From assembly GCA_963793305.1 (NCBI GenBank), contig CAWBZV010000010.1, positions 155,000 through 218,999 of the forward strand: a DNA stretch of 64,000 nt, given 5' to 3'. How positions within the stretch are numbered: the stretch's first letter is position 1; every line of letters starts with the position of its first letter. Both the position numbers and the translations under genes were made by a program. The notes under the pieces are model-generated. The model had not been told where the DNA came from, did not search any database, and worked only from the letters and a program-made list of their open reading frames with translations. Of the stretch, positions 29,013 through 40,021 are shown one piece after another. The DNA comes from an uncultured Gemmatimonadales bacterium. Lineage in GTDB: Bacteria > Gemmatimonadota > Gemmatimonadetes > Gemmatimonadales > Gemmatimonadaceae.

Positions 29013-29706
29013 ATGTTCAGCCCAGCCGCATTCAAGTTTCTGCGGGACCTCAAGCGGAACAACCGGCGTGAGTGGTTCGAGGCCCGGCGCAACGTCTACG
29101 AGAACGAGCTGCGCGCGCCATTGCGCGAGCTGCTGGAGGAGCTCGACGCGCGGCTCGGCCGCATCGCGCCGGAGCTCTATGGCGATCCCAAGCGATCGGT
29201 CTTTCGCATTCACCGCGACACGCGCTTCTCGAAGGACAAGTCGCCCTACAAGCACAATGTTGGATTTTGGGTGAACCACCGCGACCTGGGCCGCGGGGCC
29301 GAGCAGATCCATGGTGGAGCGGGATTGTATTTCCATTTCGAGCCCGGTGCATCGATGATCGCCGGCGGCATTCTGGATGCCACCCGCGCCCGCGCTGGCG
29401 AAGATCCGTGAAGCGCTCGCCGAGCATTACAAGAAGTTCGAGACGGCGGTCCGTACGATGCGCCGGCGCTTCACCGCGTTGAGTGAGGAAGCCGTGCTCC
29501 AACGCCTGCCCCGTGGGTACACCGAGGATCATCCCGCCGCGCGGTGGCTGCGCTACAAGTCGTTTACGTCGCACCGCATGTTGACCGCGGCCGAGCTTCG
29601 GAGTCCGAGACTGCCGGATACGCTGGCGCGCGACTTTACGGCCATCATTCCGTTCGTGCGCTGGCTCAACTCGTCGCTCGGGCTGCCACCGGCTACGCGC
29701 CGCTGA
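29013..29706 (+). pseudogene. DUF2461 (TIGR02453) protein, +1 frameshift at ~29371 (possibly assembly error)
   Basis: FL.DL..NN.REWF, FRIHRDTRFSKDKSPYK; removing one T restores GGIWMPP and joins the two ORFs. Confidence 0.85.
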
Positions 29707-32297
29707 CCCCTCGTACGATTCCTTCGACGAGGCGAGCGACGTTCGAAATAGCGCTGCGCGAGGGCTTGTATCTCGGCCGGCGTGACGGCCAGCACCCGGG
29801 TCTCGAAATCATCGAGCTCGTCCAAGCCGCGGCCAAATTGCCAGGCATTGATCACGTCGGCGAGCACCGAGGCGCCGCTCTGTTGGCGAATCGCGTGCGC
29901 GCCGATCGTGTACGTCTGCGCCCGCGCTAGCTCGTCGGCCGCAACCGGCGATGCGCGCAGCTTCTCGAATTCGGCCAACAGACCGGCGCGGGCTTCGTGT
30001 TCCTGTGACGGCGACGTGGCGATATAGGCGATGAACATTCCGGCGAGCAAACGCTCCGTCGCGAACGCGTGGACGGTGTACGCCAACGAGCGTTTGTCGC
30101 GCAGCTCATCGAAGAATCGCCCGCCGAGCCCACTGGCCATCGTCGCAACGAGATGGGCCGTGAAGCGATCGGGGTCGTTTCGCGTTGGACCGGGGAACGT
30201 GAGGGCCATTGCCGTCTGCGCCTTGTCCCGCGATTCGACTTCCCGCCGTGGTGCATTGGGCCATATGGGCGGAGCGATGGGAAAGCGCGCGGAGGCATGG
30301 AGCGCGGCCAACTCGCCCGCGGCAACCGCGGCGATCTCGTCCGGGTCGACATCGCCAACGATGCCAATGAGTGTCGGGCCCGCGAGCACGTGCTCCTCGT
30401 GCCACCGAGCAACCGCATCAACGGTCACGGACTGAATCGACTCTTCAGTCCCGAGCGTGCCGACACCATAGGGATGCCCGGCGAACGCGGCCGATGTCGC
30501 GAGTCGCACGGGGTAGCGATACATGTCGTCGCGCAGGGCGGTCAGATCAGCCAGCATCAGCGACCGTTCGGTCTCGAGCGCCGACTCCGGGAACGTCGGC
30601 CGTTGTACGACGTCGGCGACGAGCGCCAAGGCTGCTTCCGTTCCTCGCGTCGGCACCGACAGCGACCAACCGAAATTCTCCGAGCCGACGCTCGCGCTCA
30701 CCGTGCCACCGAGGAACTCGGCGCGAGCGGCGATCTCGGCGGCGGTGCGCGTGGTCGTTCCCTTGGTCGCCGTCCGCGCCATCAGCGTCGTCTCGCCGGC
30801 CCGTTCGCTTGACTCGTTGCGGGCTCCGCCGAATGCGTAGACACCCATGTGCGTCATCGCGGCGCCCGGCTTCCGTCTGACCAGTATCGGCACACCACCT
30901 TGCGTCCGATAGACTCGCACGCCAGCGATTTCCTCTTCGAATGTCGCTGCCGCCCGCGGCGGCGCGACGACGCTGGCCTGTCGGGACGGAGCAGACACCG
31001 GCGCCGGCAACCCCGACTCGAGCGAGTCGAACAGGCCGCCGATTTCCTGGGAGTCGTTCGGTCGATACACGAGCGCGGCCGTCTCGGTCTGCTTGACGTG
31101 CCGCCGGAAGGCGGCCGTCACGTCAGCCGCAGTGGCCGACAGAACACGCGAGAGATACTGCTCGCCGAGCTGCCAGTCACCGAGTGCCTCCCATTCCGCG
31201 AGATGGTTGGCCTGCCCTTCCATCGACTCGGTCCGACGCGCCCACTGCGATTCGAACAGGCGCTGCGCCCGTTCGATCTCGGACGACGTAAAATCGGGCT
31301 GCACCTCGGCCCATACCGCGCGGGCCGCGTCGAGCGTTTTCCCCTGTGGGGTCTCGGCCTGGATCACGAACACGCCGAGGTCCGTGGGCGTGTAATTGTA
31401 GGCCGTGATCGAAGAGGCGAGTTGGCGTTCGCGCACGGCGCGATAGAGACGCGACGCGCGCCCGCCGCCGAGCGCCGCGGCGGCGATGTCGAGCAGCGGC
31501 GTATCAGGGTCGAGTGTACCGCCCGTGCGCCAGCCGAACAGGAGCTGCGCCTGGGCGATGTCCCCGCTCCATTCGCGATAGCGAAGCCCAGCCACAGAGT
31601 GCTCGGCCGGGCCGCGATCTCGCACGATCGGACGGTCCGGGAGCGCGCCGTAGTATCTCTCGACCAGCGCGAGCGTCGCCTCGGGATCGACGTCGCCGAC
31701 AATGCTCAGGATGGTGTTGCCAGGGTAGTAGTACGTGCGATAGAACCCGTGCACATCCTCGCGGGTGAACGTCCGGAGACGATCCGGGTCACCAATGCGC
31801 CAGCGGCGAATGCGATGCTGATCGAAGAGCAGCGCGTAGAGCGACTCCGAGGCCAGCGCCGGCGGATTGTCGGTCTTGCGTCGCACTTCTTGAATGATCA
31901 CCTCGAGCTCCCGGGCGAGCTCACCGGCATCGATCACCGAGTTCGCGTAGGCGTCGGATTGGACGGCGAGGCCTTCGGCGAGACGGCTCGCCGGGAGCAC
32001 CGTGTAGTAGCTCGTGTGATCGTAAATGGTGTGCGCATTGAGGTACCCGCCGGAGGCCATGGTCTCCTTGGCGATTTCCCCAACGCCGCGCGTCGGTGTG
32101 CCCTTGAAGTACATGTGCTCCAGCACGTGGGCGATGCCGACCTGCGCGTCGGTCTCGTCGAAGTACCCGGCCTTGACGTACGTCACGACCGCGACGACCG
32201 GCGCGGACCGGTCGCGGCGCACGAGCACCGTGAGACCGTTCGGCAGCACGGTCCGCACGACCGGTGCGCCGAGGACGACGTCGGCTAGCGCGCCCAT
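29693..32297 (-). CDS. M16 zinc peptidase (fused two-module insulinase family); probable +1 frameshift near C-terminus (~29742)
   Basis: LPNGL, HVLEH, NAHT..D.T.Y, second module RFFDELRDKRSLAY; the corrected frame ends YFDVARLVEGIVRGVSGA*. Confidence 0.9.
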
Positions 32298-33031
32298 TCG
32301 AGCCCCCGGATGACGAGCGCTCCGGCCACGAGTGCCAACAGGCCGTATCCGACGCACCAGGCGATCGATCCGGCGATGTCACCCCACTGCGGCGCGCTCG
32401 CCAGCATCCCGTGCAGGAAGGTCTGCTGCGAGAACGGCGGCAGTATGACATGCGCTGTGCGCCAGAGCGCGTGCGCGACCGGGCCAATGGGCGCGTCGGG
32501 CGCGGCCAGCTGGGCGACCGGTATCGATGCCAGGTACAAGATGAGCGAGCCGACCCACGCAAACCGCCAGACGGTCGATTGGCACGCGGTGACCCCGCCC
32601 GCGAATACGTACATGACGGCCGTGTACGCGACCGCGCCGAGCAGGGGCACAGGATGCGCAATCAACGCGCCGAGCAGCGAGATCAGCGCAGCGAGGACCA
32701 GCAGCACGAGACCACGCAGGGCGAACGCTTGGGCGTAGTACCGCACGGGGCCGACCGGCTTTGCGAACAGAAAGCGATAGTAACCCCGCGCGCGGTCCTC
32801 CGACACCAAGCTCAATGTGGCATAGATCGACCCCAGGAGACCGACCAACTGGACGAGCCAGTCGAGCAATGGGGTGTGCGGGGGGCCTGTCCCCGACTCG
32901 ATGACCTGCGTGCGCGAGGCGATCCAGATCTGGAGCAACACGATGCCGATCGTGATGCCGCCCGGCCCAAGGATGAAATCCCGTAGCTGCCAACGAGCAT
33001 AGGCGCCCAAACGCGCGCGGACGATCGCCAT
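32285..33031 (-). CDS. ABC transporter permease
   Basis: About 6 TM segments, EDRARGYYRFLFAKPV motif, adjacent to the ATPase. Confidence 0.8.
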   Translation of the reverse strand: MAIVRARLGAYARWQLRDFILGPGGITIGIVLLQIWIASRTQVIESGTGPPHTPLLDWLVQLVGLLGSIYATLSLVSEDRARGYYRFLFAKPVGPVRYYAQAFALRGLVLLVLAALISLLGALIAHPVPLLGAVAYTAVMYVFAGGVTACQSTVWRFAWVGSLILYLASIPVAQLAAPDAPIGPVAHALWRTAHVILPPFSQQTFLHGMLASAPQWGDIAGSIAWCVGYGLLALVAGALVIRGLEWAR

Positions 33032-33933
33032 CAGGCGCTCACCTTCTCAACCGCATCGCGGAAATGATACTCGAGGAGCGATTCCGTCGGCGCGACGCTC
33101 ACCAGCTGCGCGCCACCGCGCAGGAGCTCGGCGAGGCCGGCGTTGAGTGTCGTGAGGTCGATCGCGGGCAGCTCGAAGCTCCCCTCGGCGCCGGCCGGGC
33201 GCGCGGCCGGGAACACCGATGGCACGAGCGCCGCGCCCGATGACAACGTGAGCCGGTACTCGCGCGCCTCCGGCGTCGCCGTCGCGCGCGTGTCGACCGA
33301 GCGCACGACCTGGCCGTGGTCAACGATGTACACGCGGTCCGCAAGCTCGGAGAGCTCAGCCAGGTCGTGCGAGGCGATGAGCATCGTCCGGTCCGGTCGC
33401 CTCAGGTCGCGCATGACCGCCCGAAACCTGAGCAGCCATAGGGGATCGAGGCCGTGCGTCGGCTCATCGAGGATCAGCACATCGGGATCACCGAGGAGCG
33501 CCTGGGCGAGCCCGAGGCGCTGCAGGTTGCCCTTGGAGAGGGCGCGGACGACCTTCGTGCTGTGCTCGTCGAGGCCCAGCTGCGAGAGGAGGGCCGGAAT
33601 CTGCGTGCGGGCCTCGGCGTTCGGCACGCCGGCCAGGAGCGCGAAGCGCGCGAGCGCCTCGTCGACTCGCCAGCGCGGGTGCATCGCGATCAGCTCCGAG
33701 AGGTAACCGACGCGATAATGCTCGACGTATTGGCGTGGAGAGAGACCGCCGAGGCGGACCGTGCCCGAGGTCGGGTGCAAGTAGCCCAGCAGGAGCGCGA
33801 TCAACGTGCTCTTCCCCGCGCCGTTCGGGCCCGCGATGCCAACCACTTCGCCGCGCTCGGCGCGGAGCGACAGCTTGTCGAGCGCGAGGACTCTGCCCTG
33901 GTATGTCTTTGTGAGGTCGACGCACTCGATCAT
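33031..33933 (-). CDS. ABC transporter ATP-binding protein
   Basis: GPNGAGKST, LSKG, LILDEPT, SH. Confidence 0.93.
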   Translation of the reverse strand: MIECVDLTKTYQGRVLALDKLSLRAERGEVVGIAGPNGAGKSTLIALLLGYLHPTSGTVRLGGLSPRQYVEHYRVGYLSELIAMHPRWRVDEALARFALLAGVPNAEARTQIPALLSQLGLDEHSTKVVRALSKGNLQRLGLAQALLGDPDVLILDEPTHGLDPLWLLRFRAVMRDLRRPDRTMLIASHDLAELSELADRVYIVDHGQVVRSVDTRATATPEAREYRLTLSSGAALVPSVFPAARPAGAEGSFELPAIDLTTLNAGLAELLRGGAQLVSVAPTESLLEYHFRDAVEKVSA

Positions 33934-34865
33934 TGACACGCGGTCCACGGCCCCTGGCCGGCGCGCGTCAGATACGGCGTGGCCTGTTGCGCTTGGCCCA
34001 AGCGCTTGAGGGTGCAGCCGTAGAAGCCCAGCGCCGAGCGATCGGTGGAGTCGAGGGCGATGGCTCTGAGATAGAATTTGCTCGCCAGCTCGTACTGGCC
34101 GGCGGCCAGCAGCGCCGCGCCCATCTCTCGCTGGGCGATCTCGTTGTTCGGCGCCAGTTGCACGGCTCGTACGAGCTCCGCTCTGGCGGTGCCGAGGTCG
34201 CCGGCCTCGCGCGCGATTCGGCCCAGGTATATGTGCGGGACCGCATCGGCCGTGTCATGCTCGGCGGCATGATTGAAGAACACGCGCGCCGAGTCGACGT
34301 GACCCGCCTGATACGCGGCTACGCCGCGCGCTACGAGATCGTCGGCCGAATATGACGCGGCCGCTGCGCGCCCCGCGCTTTGCTTGCGCCAGGCGACCAC
34401 GCCATAAGCTGCACCACCCGCGATGACTGCCAGTAGCACTACGAAGCCGAGCACGCGACCCACGCCCAGTCCAGTGGAGGGGGTCGCTGTCACAGTCGCC
34501 GCCGGAGGCGGCGCTGTGTTCAGCGGCAACGGCGTAACAGGTGGCGGCGCGGCGGCGAGTTGACTTAGCGCGTCACGCGCGGCGGCAACATCGGCGTCCG
34601 TGACCGCGTAGCCCGACACCACGGCGCGATCGTGCGCCGCGAGCAGCTCAATGAGCGCATGCCCTTGATCGAGCGAGAGCACGTTGCGCTGACGCAGATC
34701 GCGGACGAGCGCTTGACCGACGAGGGTATGATTGCTGGAGGCATTCTGCAGGGCGGACTCGATGGCGGTCCATGCCGCCACCAGCGACGCCGCGTCGCGC
34801 GCGCTGGCCAGCCGTTCAATCGCTGGCCGTGCGCTCTCAATGTCCGCGCCGGCCGGCGCGGTCAC
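33930..34865 (-). CDS. Membrane-anchored TPR protein
   Basis: Single TM helix followed by TPR repeats (GVAAYQAG, YLGRIAREAG, AVQLAPNN). Confidence 0.8.
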   Translation of the reverse strand: MTAPAGADIESARPAIERLASARDAASLVAAWTAIESALQNASSNHTLVGQALVRDLRQRNVLSLDQGHALIELLAAHDRAVVSGYAVTDADVAAARDALSQLAAAPPPVTPLPLNTAPPPAATVTATPSTGLGVGRVLGFVVLLAVIAGGAAYGVVAWRKQSAGRAAAASYSADDLVARGVAAYQAGHVDSARVFFNHAAEHDTADAVPHIYLGRIAREAGDLGTARAELVRAVQLAPNNEIAQREMGAALLAAGQYELASKFYLRAIALDSTDRSALGFYGCTLKRLGQAQQATPYLTRAGQGPWTACQ

Positions 34866-35957
34866 TTCACGATACGCAGCAATCCGGCGTCGGCGCTGCC
34901 GCGGATGAAACTCTCGGCATCCGTCGTCGGAATCTCGATGCCGGTCATCGAGAATCCACGGCGCGCCTCGGTCTGCATGAACTCGGCCAGCGGACGTCCC
35001 GCGTACGCGGCGTTGTCATCGCGCATGCCGCGCACGATGTCATCCCACGTGCCGTCGTACTCTTTCCCCTCACGCACGATGCGATGTTTCTGCGCCGCGA
35101 GATCATTGAGCAGCGCGCCGAACAGCTCCAGCTGCCCGCGCGCTTCGCCCTGCGCCTCGTCGGCCGCGCGCTGCTCGATCTCGGCGAGCATGTCGTCGAT
35201 GTCGTCCGACTCGCCGGCCAGCTCCGCCAAGCGATCATCCCACGGCTTGAGCTCGGGATCATCGTCCGCGAGTCTGTACACCGACTTCTTGAGCTCGACG
35301 AGTCGCCAGAATGCCCAGCTCATCCCAGTGATCGTCGGGCGCGGTGCGATCCAGATGATAGAGCGCCGCCTCGTACTCGCCGCGATCGTACAAAATATTG
35401 CCGAGATAGATGCGCGCCTCGGCGTGATCGCCGTCGAGCTGCAACGCGCTTCTCAATGTCGCAATGGCCGCGTCAGTTTCTCCAAGCCGATGCTGGGCAT
35501 AGCCCACGCACGCCACGGCCTCGGCGGAGTCTGGGGTTTGCTGAACGGCAATATCAAAAAATTCCTGGGCGGCCTCGATCAATCCCTCGCGGAACAACGC
35601 GCGGCCGGCCTGGAGCATCAGCTCGACATCGTCGCGATAGCCGAGTTCGAGAATGCGGCGAAAATTCTTGAGTGCCGACGCTTGCTGGCCAAATTTGAGG
35701 AGCGTCTCGCCGAGGCCAGCGAGGGCATCCTCGTGCTCCGGATCGAGGACCAGCGCTTCCTCGAAGCTGCGGCGCGCCCACGCGTACTCCTCGCGCGCCA
35801 GTCGTGCGTACCCCACCCCGACATGTAGCTCTACCGCGTTCGGGTAAAGCGAAAGCCCCTCACGGAGCACATCGAGCGCTTCGTCGTATTGCCCCTCGTT
35901 ATAGAGCTGGTGCGCGCGCTCGTCGTACTCCTCGGAGCTCAAAAACGGGTTGGGCAT
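34862..35957 (-). CDS. TPR protein, +1 frameshift at ~35310 (possibly assembly error)
   Basis: TPR repeats (LYNEGQYDEA, ALVLDPEH); deleting one base joins DELG-IWRLVELKK across the two ORFs. Confidence 0.8.
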
Positions 35958-35995
35958 AGCTCGACGATCCTCCGGCGCTTGAGGGCTATTCCTAT

Positions 35996-36010
35996 TGTAC
36001 TATTCGTACA
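35996..36010. promoter_or_regulatory. Palindrome TGTAC-N5-GTACA, candidate operator
   Basis: Perfect inverted repeat in the AT-rich region ~40 bp upstream of the TPR operon. Confidence 0.4.
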
Positions 36011-36027
36011 CGGTACAGTTCAACTAT

Positions 36028-36321
36028 TTACGGTGTCTTACTCTTGCCGCGCCTCCCCGCGGCGGAAGTGTCACACGAACAGGGCGTCGTCGGTTCGCTC
36101 ACGTTCGCGCCGGTCGCGGTCATCCGTGTGGAGCGCGCGGTAACGGCCGAGTCCACCCACGCCGTCAAATCTGTGAGGTGCGTCACCGGGTGGTTGGCGC
36201 GAGCCGCCGTGGTGTCGCGCGCAGGCGTCACCTGGGCGTTCGATTTTGCTCCACCCGATCGACAGGACGCGGCCGTGGCGGTCATTAGCAGAGCGACGAG
36301 TCGTGTCCGTAGACGGCACAT
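36028..36321 (-). CDS. Small putative lipoprotein
   Basis: ATG directly abuts the M28 stop; basic-hydrophobic N-terminus ending AASC. Confidence 0.45.
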   Translation of the reverse strand: MCRLRTRLVALLMTATAASCRSGGAKSNAQVTPARDTTAARANHPVTHLTDLTAWVDSAVTARSTRMTATGANVSEPTTPCSCDTSAAGRRGKSKTP

Positions 36322-37935
36322 CTAGGGAACAGCCGCCGGGCTCGCCGCTGCCGGACGGTGAAACTCGGCGTCCGCGTTCCAGGTTGGCAGTCCCGGCGCG
36401 TTCGCCAGCGATTCGCCAAATCCGAGAACTATAGTTGACAGCTGCACCGCGCCGCTGAGATCGAAGTCCGGTCGATACTCGTCCGACGGCTGATGGTAAC
36501 GGTGCGCAGTGTAGTCGTCCTCTTGCTCGACGCCCCAGCCCTTCGGTCGGCCCACGAAGTCCGTGCCAGCACCAATAGATACTGCCGGGACGCCGACTTT
36601 CGCGAACGAGAAATGATCAGATCTGTAAAAATGCCCCTGCTCGGGATGCGCGTCCGGCGCCAAGCTCATACCCATCGGCGCGACGTACTTCGTGAGCAAG
36701 GGTCCCAGCGAGCTTTTCCGGTCGCCCAGTGCGTTCAAATCCCGCACACGACCCAACAGATTGCCGCCATCAATGTTCAGATTGGCGACGATGCCCGCGA
36801 CCGGCACCGTCGGGTGTTGCGCGAACCACGCCGATCCCAAGAGACCGGACTCCTCGGCCGTCACGAACAGAAACATCATCGACCGTTTCTGCGGCTTGGC
36901 GGCGCGCGCCATCGCCAGCACATCCGCGACGCCCGATGCATTGTCCTCGGCCCCGTTGTAAATGGAATCTCCATTCACCGCCGGGCCGATACCCAGATGG
37001 TCCCAGTGCGCGCTGAACACAACGTATTGGTCGGGAAGTGTTGTGCCGCGAACAACGCCGATGACGTTCTCCGATTGCATGTGGCGTACTTTGTTCGCGA
37101 ATGCCATGTCCATGGTGATCCCCGTCGACACCGGACGGAAATCACGGGAGGCGGCTGCCGCCCGGAGCTGCGAGAGGTCGAGGCCGGCGCTGGCCAATAG
37201 GGCTGTCACGGCGCTGTCGGTGATCCACCCGCGCACGCCGAGTGGCGGAGGCAGAGACGGATCACGGGGAAGCATTCGAAGCTCTTTCGCCCACGAGCCG
37301 ACGACCGTGTGCCACGGATACCCCGCGCGCTCGGTGGTGTGCACGATGAGACATCCCGCGGCACCCTGGCGCTCGGCCTCCTCGTACTTGTACGTCCAAC
37401 GCCCGTAGTAGTCCATCGTGTGTGTGAACGGCGCCGTCGGCGGATCGTTCACGAGCACGAGCAAGACTTTTCCGTGCAGGTCGACACCCTTGAAGTCGTC
37501 CCATTGGTGTTCAGGAGCGGCGACCCCATAGCCGACGAAGACGAGCTCTCCACGCGCGGCGCTCGATTCGACGGCCGACCCGGCGCCGACGACCACGTCA
37601 TCCGGATAGCGGAGCGCGGCGGTTGCCTTGCCAGATGCAGTAACGTGCAGTGTCGCCGGATCGGCGCCGACGATGTCGATCGGGACGGGCTGGAAGTAGG
37701 CGTGATTCGGACCGCCAGGTGCGACGCCGGCTTCTTGAAGGGCGCTGGCGATATACGCCGACGCCAGTTGCCCGCCGCGAGTCGCCGGCGCCCGTCCCTC
37801 CAGCAGGTCGGATGACAGGAATTTCAGATTCGCGTCGATCTCTCCGGCAGTGATCTTGCCCTGAGCGTGGGCGGTAGCGGAGAGAAGAACACATGACGCG
37901 CCAGCCAGGCCCAACGCTCGAAACGAAAAGGGCAC
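36322..37935 (-). CDS. M28 family peptidase with PA domain
   Basis: SSDLLEGR, SAHWDHLG, NGAEDNASG, AEESGLLGS, RSDH, YHQPSD. Confidence 0.92.
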   Translation of the reverse strand: MPFSFRALGLAGASCVLLSATAHAQGKITAGEIDANLKFLSSDLLEGRAPATRGGQLASAYIASALQEAGVAPGGPNHAYFQPVPIDIVGADPATLHVTASGKATAALRYPDDVVVGAGSAVESSAARGELVFVGYGVAAPEHQWDDFKGVDLHGKVLLVLVNDPPTAPFTHTMDYYGRWTYKYEEAERQGAAGCLIVHTTERAGYPWHTVVGSWAKELRMLPRDPSLPPPLGVRGWITDSAVTALLASAGLDLSQLRAAAASRDFRPVSTGITMDMAFANKVRHMQSENVIGVVRGTTLPDQYVVFSAHWDHLGIGPAVNGDSIYNGAEDNASGVADVLAMARAAKPQKRSMMFLFVTAEESGLLGSAWFAQHPTVPVAGIVANLNIDGGNLLGRVRDLNALGDRKSSLGPLLTKYVAPMGMSLAPDAHPEQGHFYRSDHFSFAKVGVPAVSIGAGTDFVGRPKGWGVEQEDDYTAHRYHQPSDEYRPDFDLSGAVQLSTIVLGFGESLANAPGLPTWNADAEFHRPAAASPAAVP

Positions 37936-37994
37936 GCGGAGTGCTCCAAAGAGTTGTACTTATTCTAACAACACGCCACGAGGATCAAAGGATT

Positions 37995-38309
37995 ATGCGC
38001 ACGCTCTTTCGCCTCGCGTTGGGTCTCGCGCTCGCTTTCGTCCCACGTCTTGCCTATGCACAGGCCGGGCCGACCGTGGACGCCGCGCGCTCCGGTATCG
38101 CCGCGCACGTCGTGACAGAGGATGTATCGCCACAAGAGGCCGCCGACCGGGCGGCAAAAGGCGCCGGGCTGGGCACGGGAGGCGCTCTGATGATCATTGG
38201 GGGCGCCGCGTTTATCACCGGACTGATCATCGGTGGCGGGGCTGGGACGGCCCTCGCCGTGGGCGGGGTTCTCGTCGCCGCATACGGCCTGTATATCTTT
38301 CTCAAGTAA
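37995..38309 (+). CDS. Small exported/membrane protein
   Basis: Signal peptide (AYA-Q) and Gly-rich C-terminal hydrophobic hairpin. Confidence 0.65.
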   Translation: MRTLFRLALGLALAFVPRLAYAQAGPTVDAARSGIAAHVVTEDVSPQEAADRAAKGAGLGTGGALMIIGGAAFITGLIIGGGAGTALAVGGVLVAAYGLYIFLK

Positions 38310-38388
38310 CGATTTAGCCATAAACATACGAGTTCGGTCAGCATGGCCTGGAACGTGACTGCTGCCCGGTATAGCTAGTCTTGTAATC

Positions 38389-40012
38389 ATGGCGCGGACC
38401 TCGATCCAGAACACGAACAAGGTCCACGATGCCGCCCGGATCGTCGCACGCGTCGTCGCGGTTGGCGCCGCGCTCGGCACCGTGGCGACGTCGATCCACG
38501 AGTTCGGGCTCGATGGCGCGCAGACCCGACGCACCATCGGCAACTTCGGCGCGACGTGGGTGGGGCTCGCGCCCGCCAACGATACCGCGACATCGATCGG
38601 CGATACGTTGCACCTCGCCGCGACCGTGACCGACAAGAAGGGCACGGCGCTCGTCGGCACGAACATCAAGTGGACCATCGATCATCCCGACGTCGCGATC
38701 ATCAATCCCGACGGGACCGTCATCGCGCACAACGCGGGTACCGCCACGGTTATCGTCACCGTCGGCGAGCTCATGGCGCGCGCGACCGTCGTGGTGCGAC
38801 CGATCGCGGCGCATGTGCATATCGCGAATGACAGTGCCGTCACGGTCGCCGAGCTGACGTCCCGTCCGTTATCCGTTGTCTCGACGGACACGCGTGGGCA
38901 CGTGATTCTCGCCACGCGCTCCGCGCGCTGGCGGTCGAGTGACACGACGGTCGCGAAGGTTGATACGGCGGGTACGCTCACCGCTGTCGCCGAGGGGCAT
39001 GCGACCGTGACGGCGGTAGTGGACGGCGTGGCAGCGGAGGCACCTATTACCGTCGTGCCAGTGCCGCAGTCCCTCGCGCTCGTGGCGGGAGGCGGTCAGG
39101 AGGCGCCCGCGGGTTCGACGCTCGCTGAGCCGGTCATCGTGAAAATCTTGTCCAGACGAGGCAAGCCGCTCAGTGGCCTTACCGTGAAATTCCGCCGGGC
39201 CGATGTGAACTCGACCGCTGACGTGGCGCAGACCCAGACGGACGCCGAGGGCCGTGCGCACTGCGTGTGGAAGCTCGGCGATCTCGCCGGCCGTCAGCGC
39301 CTGGCGGCGAGCACCGATGGCGTAGACACCGTCGTGACGGTGGAGGCCGAGGCGGAGCCGGTGAGCACGAACACCCGGACGGCGGCGCTGGCGGACAGCC
39401 GAGACGTCCAAGATCGCGACAGCGCTGGCGGTGCCAGTCGGCATCAGGATCACGGACACGACTGGTCGCGTGATGGGCGACCTGGCGGTGAAATGGGTCG
39501 CGCTCGATGGCGGCAGCATCACGTCGACGACGCCGCGGACCGATTCGCTCGGCGAAGTCCGCGCGAATTGGGTGCTCGGCCCGCGCGCTGGCCCGCAACA
39601 CGTTCGCGCGCTCATTGGCGACGGTCGCACCGTGCGCCCGGTCGTGCTCCACGCCATCGCCACGGCGGGCGCGCCGGCAGCCGTCGGCGTTGTCTCGGGC
39701 GACGCCCAGCACGGCGCACCGAGCACCGCGACGAGCAAGCCTATCGTCCTGCGCGTGACCGACGCGGCGGGAAATCCCGTGCGCGGCATCTCTGTCAACC
39801 TCGTGCCGAAGCACGGAGCGGGGACGCTGCCCGACAGCACGCCGGTCACCGACTCACTCGGCCTCGTGCGCAGCCAATGGACACTTGGCGCGACCATCGG
39901 GGCGCAGCATTTGACGGCCCGCGTGGACGGCGTGCCCAAAACCGTGGAACTCACGGCGACGGCCGCGGCCACATCGGCGAAGACGCGACCCAGACGGCAC
40001 CACGCGGGGTAG
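38389..40012 (+). CDS. Bacterial Ig-like domain repeat protein, +1 frameshift at ~39399
   Basis: W.SSD..VA.VD..G Big_2 repeats and TD..G.A...W.LG Big_1-like repeats continue across the two frames. Confidence 0.8.
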
Positions 40013-40021
40013 AATCAACGT

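Noticed and set aside
29013..29706. Programmed ribosomal frameshifting in the split genes
   Set aside because: No slippery heptamer or stimulator seen; single-base insertion error is simpler
36028..36321. Small ORF as a RiPP precursor for the M16/ABC genes
   Set aside because: No modifying enzymes; it looks like a lipoprotein signal plus linker
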